From Bacillales bacterium UBA7581 (GTDB lineage: Bacteria > Bacillota_I > Bacilli_A > RFN20 > CAG-826): a stretch of DNA of 64,000 nucleotides. The position numbers were made by a program, and so were the translations under genes. The notes under the pieces are model-generated. The model was not told where the DNA came from, searched no databases, and saw nothing but the letters and a program-made list of their open reading frames with translations. Within the stretch, counting starts at the first letter, position 1; the number at the start of each line of letters is the position of its first letter. Of this stretch, positions 28,719-36,344 are shown piece by piece. The stretch covers positions 1,825-65,824 of the forward strand of contig DLKT01000014.1 in NCBI GenBank assembly GCA_002477825.1. Reading direction: 5' to 3'.

Positions 28719-29219
28719 TTACCTCAATTCCATTGTTTTAGCCAATAAATCAACATAAAAATTTGCTTCAGCACCTTTTGCTTCATTTCCTACGCTTTCT
28801 GGCATTGTATACGTAATTATGATTTGATTTGTTCTCATTCCAAGATTTAATATCTTACTATTGTCGTCTAATAGTTCCTTTAAGGAGTTTTCGATTATGA
28901 CTTGTTTTGTCTCAACTTTTACATTTATATAATTCTTTAATTGATTTTCATCATTATCGCTATCGCGAAAGCTTAGATAAACATTTAAATTCACAATATT
29001 TTTACCATTCAAATGAATCGTATAAGACGTGCTACTTCCCGGATAAATATTTGAAATTTTCGTAGACAAAGTTTGGGTGGTATTTTCCTTTAATGTTACG
29101 CTTACATTCCCAGGCAGTTTATTTTCTTTAGCAATATTAAAATAGACGCCAATTCCAATTAACGCTAATAAAATGCATATCATAGTTAAAACATATTTAA
29201 TTTTCTTATATGCCCCCAT
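28719..29219 (-). CDS. Membrane-anchored TasA/camelysin-fold protein lacking the SipW cleavage motif
   Basis: Start at the ATG at 29219 (GGGGGAG SD 8 nt upstream). TM helix VLTMICILLALIGIGVYF, then IYPGSSTSYTIHLNG and C-terminal GNEAKGAEANFYVDLLA, resembling TasA-family strands. Confidence 0.6.
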   Translation of the reverse strand: MGAYKKIKYVLTMICILLALIGIGVYFNIAKENKLPGNVSVTLKENTTQTLSTKISNIYPGSSTSYTIHLNGKNIVNLNVYLSFRDSDNDENQLKNYINVKVETKQVIIENSLKELLDDNSKILNLGMRTNQIIITYTMPESVGNEAKGAEANFYVDLLAKTMELR

Positions 29220-29348
29220 ATGCTCGTCTCCCCCTATCAAACATTTAAAAATGCTATTAAGCTAATGTCGTATTTCCCAAAAACTTTTGTAAATTTAGAA
29301 ATTTTAATTTAAAAATATTGAAAATAGATTTATTCAATATTGAAAAAT

Positions 29349-29379
29349 ATCATACCCCCCCCCCGTACTTTTTTGTCAA
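29349..29379 (-). promoter_or_regulatory. Sigma-A-type promoter of the SipW/TasA-like operon with a homopolymer in the spacer
   Basis: Minus strand reads TTGACA (29379-29374), then AAAAAGTAC plus G10 (19-nt spacer), then TATGAT (29354-29349). About 125 nt upstream of the first CDS. Confidence 0.75.
29355..29364. repeat. C10/G10 homopolymer tract
   Basis: Counted directly: catacccccc ccccgtac. Conspicuous in an AT-rich genome. Confidence 0.98.
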
Positions 29380-29908
29380 GACTTTGTGCGAAGGTCATTT
29401 GCACTTGCAGTGCAATGATATTTGCAAATTGAACTGAACTGCTATATTCAACGTCTTATGCTATTTTTATTCGTAACAAACGTATAGCAAAGGCTTTGTA
29501 AAATAAAATTGCTATCAATTGCTATATTTTTCACATAGCCTCAACATACTACTCTTAGATATTCATTATTGTCAATATATAATTTACATTAAAAATAATG
29601 GGGGTTATATTAATTTTGGTTTGTCCTTGTCACTCCAATGTCGCAAAACATTTAGCACGATATTTTCTTTGTAAACATCATTTTTTTCATAGATAAATAG
29701 AAAAAGTAGAAAAGCATCAATCAGTACTTGGTTTTCCTACTTTTTTTTGCTTTTCAACTATGGAAGATGGAATGATACCATACTTTTTGCAACACCTCTT
29801 TTGAGGTTTGCTATGCTTTTAACTTTTTACGTTAATTCAATGGAAAATTATTTACTTTGTCCTTGATTTTCCTCATCTAATTTCATATATAAAAAACTAT
29901 CTTTATTG

Positions 29909-31753
29909 TTAATTAGCCAGGCTGTTTTTCTTTAATAAAATGGCCCCCATGAAAAGTAATAAACTAAAGGTTGCAATTACAGCAGTAGAAGCCTTCTGGC
30001 ATCCATTTTTCTTTGAAGGCTTGGAAGTTTCATATTCCTGAATTTCAAAAGGTGCTGTATAATAAACCAATTCCATCGATTCATCTTTAAAGGCTGCAAT
30101 CACTGAATATTTGCCACGTTCCTTTTCTTGATAAGAGAAAATCTGTCCTTCAACTTCTATTGTTCCACCTACATAAGTTGTGGCCGTTAAAGTAACAGCC
30201 AAATCCTTAGTGAAATCTTGGCCTTTTTCTAATTTCATATCATTGCCTTTTATTTCAAAAATTCGGTTGGTAAAATAATCGGCAATATTGTTTGTAATAC
30301 CAATAAGACCATTTTTGATACAGGTGTGCTTCATATTGTAAATATTATCAATCGTCCAATACCAACCAATATAACCTCTATCGCGTAAATATAATTCGTT
30401 AAATTCCTTAGAAAATGCATTAAGCGCCGAATCAATACCCGCATTCAATCTTCCCAATAAAGCAAGGTTTTTATCAAATGTTTTTTCACTTACATTTCCT
30501 AAGTAAGCTGTAGGAATCATTGGAAGATTATTTTTCACTCTTTCTAATGCTGTAGTAGAGAAAGAGATAATTACGATTTGATCATACAATTGATATTGAT
30601 CGAGTTTTTCTTTTAGTAAAGTGGGAAAATTTTCCTTTTCTGTTTTTACTTCTAAAACAAGAATCGTTTGGGTATCTTTTAACGTTTGGAAAATATCATC
30701 AACATTAGGAATTTTTTCGTTTGGCTTATAAACATCTAATTCAAATTTTTCTAATTCTTCGGAGGTGTAATTCTCGAGAGAACCAGTGCCTGATGTAGTA
30801 CGGTCAATCGTTCCATCATGCATAAAATAAATTTTATTATCTTTGGTAACATATGCATCTAATTCGACGTGAGTCGCACCAACTTCCATTGCTTTTTTTG
30901 TTCCACTTACAGAGTTTTCATGAGCTTGTTTAGGTAATCCACGATGACCGACATTAAAGAAAGGGCGGAAAGCCGTACCTTCTTCTAATTGCTCAAATAG
31001 TTCATATATGTGTTCATAGTCTTTTACAATTAATCCATATGTCCCTGTTTGTAAAGCCGAATAAATATCAAAATCTGTTTCTTTATCCAATCTTGTCCAA
31101 ACCGTTTTAAAACGAGCATGAACATATGTGACGTTCTCTTTTGTAGCTAAAGAAGAAGGAAGTACAGCGACTTGTGCTAGATTTTCATTGGTAGGAGCAA
31201 CAACCATTTCATATAAGTTTTTCTCTTCCGATAATTCACTATATTCAACAATACCACGAATTTTGGTATTAGTTTCTCTTATTGTTTTTACATAGGATGG
31301 TGTATTAGAAAGAACCGCCATATCTAGCATATCCAATTGTGTTTTTGAAAATTTCATAAAGGCGTTCATACTATTTTCATCTTGAATGGATAAAATTGGA
31401 ATGATAAAAGGTGTTATCTCGTTATAAACATTGATAAAAGAGTCAATAACATTACCCTCTTTATCTATGATATTTGCATTTTCATCAAAATGTAAGATGA
31501 CGTTAGAAGGCCGCGTATCCGTTGTTACCACTTTATCTAAATCATCTTTAGATTCAACGTCAACAATTAAGGTAGGCAAATTTCTTACTGCCGTCTCATA
31601 TTCAAATGTCTCGATAAGTTCATTATCTGTAATAAGTCCTGTTTCATTTGCATTTTTGTTTTCAGCGTTAGCTTTAACGCTTTTTGAAGTTTGGAAAAAA
31701 TTACAACTTGCAAACAAAAAAGCGCCTATCATCAATAAAGGTATTCTTTTCAT
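29909..31753 (-). CDS. Surface lipoprotein glycerophosphodiester phosphodiesterase, paralog 1
   Basis: Lipobox LFASC. An N-terminal domain of about 250 aa is of unknown family. GDPD core: HRGLPKQAHENS, GATHVELDAYVTKDNKIYFMHDGTIDRTT. C-terminal hydrophobic anchor. Confidence 0.85.
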   Translation of the reverse strand: MKRIPLLMIGAFLFASCNFFQTSKSVKANAENKNANETGLITDNELIETFEYETAVRNLPTLIVDVESKDDLDKVVTTDTRPSNVILHFDENANIIDKEGNVIDSFINVYNEITPFIIPILSIQDENSMNAFMKFSKTQLDMLDMAVLSNTPSYVKTIRETNTKIRGIVEYSELSEEKNLYEMVVAPTNENLAQVAVLPSSLATKENVTYVHARFKTVWTRLDKETDFDIYSALQTGTYGLIVKDYEHIYELFEQLEEGTAFRPFFNVGHRGLPKQAHENSVSGTKKAMEVGATHVELDAYVTKDNKIYFMHDGTIDRTTSGTGSLENYTSEELEKFELDVYKPNEKIPNVDDIFQTLKDTQTILVLEVKTEKENFPTLLKEKLDQYQLYDQIVIISFSTTALERVKNNLPMIPTAYLGNVSEKTFDKNLALLGRLNAGIDSALNAFSKEFNELYLRDRGYIGWYWTIDNIYNMKHTCIKNGLIGITNNIADYFTNRIFEIKGNDMKLEKGQDFTKDLAVTLTATTYVGGTIEVEGQIFSYQEKERGKYSVIAAFKDESMELVYYTAPFEIQEYETSKPSKKNGCQKASTAVIATFSLLLFMGAILLKKNSLAN

Positions 31754-31868
31754 TCATTATTCCCCTTTTCCTTTAAAGTGCTTATAAAATACTTTGCACA
31801 ATTCAATTATCCATATCTTTTATTTGATATGTCAAGATAATGAATAACATTAAATTTATTGAAAAGCC

Positions 31869-31904
31869 AAAAAATAGTGGCGTACGTACTAAATACACCA
31901 CTAT
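31869..31904 (-). terminator. Terminator between the two GDPD paralogs
   Basis: Minus strand reads ATAGTGG-(17-nt loop)-CCACTAT followed by TTTTTGG. Confidence 0.5.
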
Positions 31905-31954
31905 CGATTTTAAAGTCAACTTTAATAGATTAAAAACTAATTTCTTATTTCAAA

Positions 31955-33805
31955 TTATTTAGCAAAACTACTTTTCTTTAGTACGATAGCGCCTAAGAAC
32001 ACTAACAAACTAAAGGAAGCAATGACGGCCGTTGAAGCCTTTTGACAACCACTCTTTTTCGGCGGATTCACGATTTCTTCTTCGCCATCTTGAATCTCAA
32101 AAGGTGCGGTATAGTATGTAAGACTTGTTGAATAATCAGTGTAATAAGCAATAACAGAATACTTGCCTTTCTCAATTTCTTGATAGAAATAAATTTGTCC
32201 TACTACTTTTGTCTCTTCACCTTTATATGTTATAGCGGTTAAAGGAACAACCGTATCTTTAGAAAGGGTTTGTCCTTTTCCTAATTGCATATGATTTCCT
32301 TTTAAAGAATAAACTTTATCGCTAAAATAATCTGCGACATTATTGGTAATTCCAACAGCACCACTTTGTGGTCCCATATTTTCAATAGAAGAAACATTAT
32401 CGTAAGTCCAGAACCAACCAATGAAACCTCTATCTCTTAAATAGAGTTCATTAAATCTCGTTGAAAAGGCACCCATAGAAGTATCTACGCCAGCATTCAT
32501 TTGTCCTAATAAAGGTAAAGCTTTCGTAAAATTACTTTGGTTTACACTTCCTAAATATGCAGTTGGTACTTCAGGTAAAACATCTTTCATTTGTTCTAAC
32601 ATTGAGCTTGAGAAAGAGATCACCACGATTTGAGGATAGAAATTATATTCATCCAATTTTTCCTTTAATAAAGTAGTAAAATTTGCTTTGGTCGTTTTAA
32701 TTTCTAAAACCAAAATAGTTGACGTTCCTTGTAATGTTTGAATAATCTCATCAATATTAGGAATTTTTTCATGTGGTTCAAATAAATCAAGTTCATATTT
32801 TTCTAATTCTTCGGATGTATAGTTTTCTAAAGCACCTTCACCATTAGACGTACGCATAATCGTGCCATCATGCATAAAATAAATTTTATTATCTTTAGTA
32901 ACATAAGCATCTAATTCAACATGTGTTGCTCCTACTTCTGTTGCTTTTTTCGTACCACTTATAGAATTTTCATGTGTTTGCTTTGGAAGTCCTCTATGTG
33001 CCACATTAAATGATGGACGGAAAGAACTACCCTCTTTTATTTGCGTGTACATTTCATATACATGCTCATAATCTTTAACAATCAATCCATACGTTCCCGT
33101 TTGAATTGCTGAAAGAATATCTAAATCCGTTTCACCCGTTAATCGTGTCCAAACAGTTTTAAAACGAGCTTGAATGTAAGTGACATTTTCTTTTGTTGCT
33201 ATAGAAGGAGAAAGCACCGCTACATTAGCAAAATGAGCGTTCGTAGGAGCGATAACCGAATGATACATATCTCCATCAGTGATATCGTTATATTCAATAA
33301 TTCCACGTATTTTGTTATTTTCATCCTTAATCCCTTTTATATAGTCAGGTGTGTCGGACATAATTGATAAGTCAAGAATATCCATTTTATTTTTAAAGAA
33401 ATCCACAAATGCAATATAACTGTCTTGATTTTCAATATAAACAATCGGCAAAATCTTTTTATTTAGTTGCGCATAAACATTAACGAAAGAATCAATAACA
33501 TTTCCTTCTTTATCGGTAATATTTTGATCTTTATTCATGTGTAAAATTACATTCGATGGTCGAACTTCTGTACTCGTTACTTTGGTTAATTGTTCTTTTG
33601 ATTCAATATCCACAATTACGGTAGGAAGATTATTCGCGACCGTTCCTTGATAATACGTTGAAGCTAAATTGTTATCGACCACTAATTCTTCGCTTGATGT
33701 TTCATCCGCCAAAGCTCTTTTTTCCATTTTAGGGGATTGAAATAAACATGCACCAATACATAAAAATAAGCTTAATGATAAAAGTTTTCTTCTTTTCATA
33801 TTCAT
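31955..33805 (-). CDS. Surface lipoprotein glycerophosphodiester phosphodiesterase, paralog 2
   Basis: Lipobox CIGAC. Colinear with paralog 1 over its full length (HRGLPKQTHENS, GATHVELDAYVTKDNKIYFMHDGTIMRT). Same C-terminal tail. Confidence 0.85.
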   Translation of the reverse strand: MNMKRRKLLSLSLFLCIGACLFQSPKMEKRALADETSSEELVVDNNLASTYYQGTVANNLPTVIVDIESKEQLTKVTSTEVRPSNVILHMNKDQNITDKEGNVIDSFVNVYAQLNKKILPIVYIENQDSYIAFVDFFKNKMDILDLSIMSDTPDYIKGIKDENNKIRGIIEYNDITDGDMYHSVIAPTNAHFANVAVLSPSIATKENVTYIQARFKTVWTRLTGETDLDILSAIQTGTYGLIVKDYEHVYEMYTQIKEGSSFRPSFNVAHRGLPKQTHENSISGTKKATEVGATHVELDAYVTKDNKIYFMHDGTIMRTSNGEGALENYTSEELEKYELDLFEPHEKIPNIDEIIQTLQGTSTILVLEIKTTKANFTTLLKEKLDEYNFYPQIVVISFSSSMLEQMKDVLPEVPTAYLGSVNQSNFTKALPLLGQMNAGVDTSMGAFSTRFNELYLRDRGFIGWFWTYDNVSSIENMGPQSGAVGITNNVADYFSDKVYSLKGNHMQLGKGQTLSKDTVVPLTAITYKGEETKVVGQIYFYQEIEKGKYSVIAYYTDYSTSLTYYTAPFEIQDGEEEIVNPPKKSGCQKASTAVIASFSLLVFLGAIVLKKSSFAK

Positions 33806-33819
33806 TCCCTTTCTTTAAG

Positions 33820-33854
33820 AAAAAATGGACTATGGAAGATGGATTCCATAGTCC
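33820..33854 (-). terminator. Strong rho-independent terminator after the 779-aa lipoprotein gene
   Basis: Minus strand reads GGACTATGGAA-TCCATC-TTCCATAGTCC (11-bp perfect stem) followed by ATTTTTTCTT. Confidence 0.85.
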
Positions 33855-33870
33855 ATTATGTTTTCTTTAA

Positions 33871-36210
33871 TTACATTTCAACAGCAGCGGCTAAAGCGAT
33901 ATTAGAAGGTTGTTCATAGTTTCTAAAGTCACTCCATTCAAAGCGGAAGACGAAGAGTAAACGATCTCCTTCTTGTAATTCGACGAAATCGCAACCAAAG
34001 TTTCCTCTTGTGCCTGCCGAAGACTTAATTAAATCAGTTTCACCAGTAGCAGCACGATAGACAGCATATTCTAAAACAGTATTGGCTCCAGCATCATCAA
34101 CCCAACCTGCTAAATTAGATTTTTCAACGATCTTAGCGAAGATATGTTGTTTTGCTTCAATCGCGTACACAACACCATCATTATAGCCACTAATAGCTCT
34201 CCATCCTTGAACAGATGCTTTATGTTCACCTTCTGAGCCTAAAGTATAATCAGTAGAACCTTCAGCAGTAATATTTTTCATAGGTTCATAAGATTCATAA
34301 GTACCATGAGCAATCGTCATTTTAGCTAAATCATTTTCCACCCAACCAGTTGTAGATTCTAATTGTTTGGCAAATAAATCGGTTTTATAATCGACATCAG
34401 TAACAGTGTCACTTGGCTTATATTCTTTAGCACCTTTTTCTTTTACACCTGCAATTTCAATATAAGGAGGATATTGAACATTTCTATTTTCTGTATGAGA
34501 GAAGAGATATAAGAAGGATTCACCTTTTTGTAACTCAACATAATCGGTGCCTAAAGTTCCTGCTCCACCCATCCAATCATCATGTAATACATCTAAATCG
34601 CCTTTGGCTGAAAGTATAGCATAGCTTAAATGACCTTCTGGCCAACCATTTGTTTTTGTCGTATCATCGTCATTTTTTTGTTCGACCATACGTATAAAGC
34701 AATGATCTTTGGCTTCAAATTGATATCCGAATCCACCAGAAGCTCCATAATAGAATCTCCAACCTTCAGCAAAAGTATTGCTACCTTCAGCATTTTGTCC
34801 TTCTTCAATACCTAATTGATATGGGTTGTCATTGATTCTTGTAAATGCTTTACGATCATTCATCGTTCCATAGAAGAACGTTGCTTTACCATAAGAATTT
34901 TCTAAGGCAGCACTTTCTAGTTGTTGCGCAAAAACGCTATTGAAAGACACTTGAGTTGTCACTTTACTTGGTTCATATTCGACATCTGGTAATTTGTAGT
35001 CTTCATCATCTACATCACCAACTAAACGAATATCATCTAAATAAACGAAAGTTTTCTTATCAGAGTTTGCACCTAAATCTCTATCCCATGGGCAAACATA
35101 GAATGGGATTTCTCTTAAAGAAGCTTTTACTGGTGCTGCATCCGCTTTATCGTTTGTGTCACCAGACATTTCCATTTCTTGCATATTGACTAAGAAACGA
35201 TACCATTTATTACCTGGAAGGGTGATTTTGCCTTGAAAATTTCTACCTACTTCATTACCTTTGGTATCAAAGACTTTCATCGAGTGATAAACGGCATTAA
35301 AGCACATTTCACCATTGATGTTATTCGTTTTTAAATCAAAATACATCCAGAAGGAGACATATTTATCGGTGGTATTATATAGATAAACATCTCCTAACAT
35401 GGAGTAGTCATTAAACCATGTGGTAGCTTTATCATACATACCAAATTCATAAGAATGAGTTCCATTATAAGCAACATCCTCACTAATTTCACTCGCGTAC
35501 CATTCATTGTTATAATAAGCACCATGTTCAAAATCCATTAATGTATAAACATAATAGGTTTCATCTCTCATGTTACCTGAACTATCGGTAGCGGTAACAT
35601 TAATGCTATACGCACCTTTTTGATCAAAGGTAACTATGTCACCTTCTAAGTTTAATTCTTCGCCATTAAAAGCAACTTTAATCGTAGGTGTAATGGTTTC
35701 TCCACTGTTATCGGTAACGGTAATATCTTTTAAATCATAGGAAGTGCCAAGTTGCGTAATATTATGGAAATCCGTTGTGCTTGCACTTGCATCTTTTTTG
35801 GAGCGTAATTTAGAAGAAATTACTGGATCTCCAACGTCGATAACACGTACGGTATAGGTTTTTGATGCGGTTTGTCCATCATCTAATGTAGCGGTATAGG
35901 TGACTTTATAATCACCCATTTTTGCACATAAGAAGCGGTTATCCGTCACTTCCACATCTTGTCCATCTGGATCTTTAACGCTGATTGCACAGATATAGTA
36001 TTTTCCATTACTATCTTTTGCGCTAACGGCTTTGACTTGATAATACTCTTGGACGTTTGCATTATCAATTTTGGATTCGTCTACATTAAATTCATCAATT
36101 GTTAAACTTACTGTAGATGTTGGTCGATTTGAACCACCACACGACGTGAGTGTTCCACCACCAACCATTAATAGAGCGAGACATAATACAAATAATTTTC
36201 TCTTTTTCAT
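33871..36210 (-). CDS. Large surface lipoprotein with Ig-like repeats, a CBM-like region and a duplicated C-terminal domain of about 180 aa
   Basis: Lipobox LTSC. Ig/HYR-like segments (YKVTYTATLDDG..., AYSINVTATDSSGN). The tandem C-terminal repeats share FAxQLES, EG, GW and YVELQxG. Confidence 0.7.
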   Translation of the reverse strand: MKKRKLFVLCLALLMVGGGTLTSCGGSNRPTSTVSLTIDEFNVDESKIDNANVQEYYQVKAVSAKDSNGKYYICAISVKDPDGQDVEVTDNRFLCAKMGDYKVTYTATLDDGQTASKTYTVRVIDVGDPVISSKLRSKKDASASTTDFHNITQLGTSYDLKDITVTDNSGETITPTIKVAFNGEELNLEGDIVTFDQKGAYSINVTATDSSGNMRDETYYVYTLMDFEHGAYYNNEWYASEISEDVAYNGTHSYEFGMYDKATTWFNDYSMLGDVYLYNTTDKYVSFWMYFDLKTNNINGEMCFNAVYHSMKVFDTKGNEVGRNFQGKITLPGNKWYRFLVNMQEMEMSGDTNDKADAAPVKASLREIPFYVCPWDRDLGANSDKKTFVYLDDIRLVGDVDDEDYKLPDVEYEPSKVTTQVSFNSVFAQQLESAALENSYGKATFFYGTMNDRKAFTRINDNPYQLGIEEGQNAEGSNTFAEGWRFYYGASGGFGYQFEAKDHCFIRMVEQKNDDDTTKTNGWPEGHLSYAILSAKGDLDVLHDDWMGGAGTLGTDYVELQKGESFLYLFSHTENRNVQYPPYIEIAGVKEKGAKEYKPSDTVTDVDYKTDLFAKQLESTTGWVENDLAKMTIAHGTYESYEPMKNITAEGSTDYTLGSEGEHKASVQGWRAISGYNDGVVYAIEAKQHIFAKIVEKSNLAGWVDDAGANTVLEYAVYRAATGETDLIKSSAGTRGNFGCDFVELQEGDRLLFVFRFEWSDFRNYEQPSNIALAAAVEM

Positions 36211-36344
36211 GATGAGTCCTTTCTTTTTTATAAAACCGCTTTCATTTTTTAAAAAAGCGGAAAAAACTATACTATAATACTAACTTTTTCATAATTTACA
36301 TTGAATGGATATTTTTTAGTTTCAACTTGTTATTTTATCAGTTG

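Noticed and set aside
29598-29696. A 32-codon Cys/His-rich ORF (MGVILILVCPCHSNVAKHLARYFLCKHHFFHR) on the plus strand in the long intergenic region.
   Set aside because: No Shine-Dalgarno sequence is present, and it runs opposite to all neighbouring genes. An ORF of this size is expected by chance in 668 nt.
29759-29772. The 14-mer CTATGGAAGATGGA is shared with the terminator at 33830-33843. It could be a repeat or a duplication scar.
   Set aside because: A single 14-nt match in 64 kb of AT-biased sequence is within chance expectation, and the flanks do not align.
36236-36260. Hairpin CCGCTT-(13 nt)-AAGCGG with flanking A/T runs between the GH43 gene and the 779-aa lipoprotein gene, considered as an intrinsic terminator.
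   Set aside because: It lies only about 25 nt upstream of the next start codon, leaving no room for a downstream promoter, and its loop is AT-rich and long. I cannot tell whether it is a terminator, a leader attenuator or neither, so I did not annotate it.
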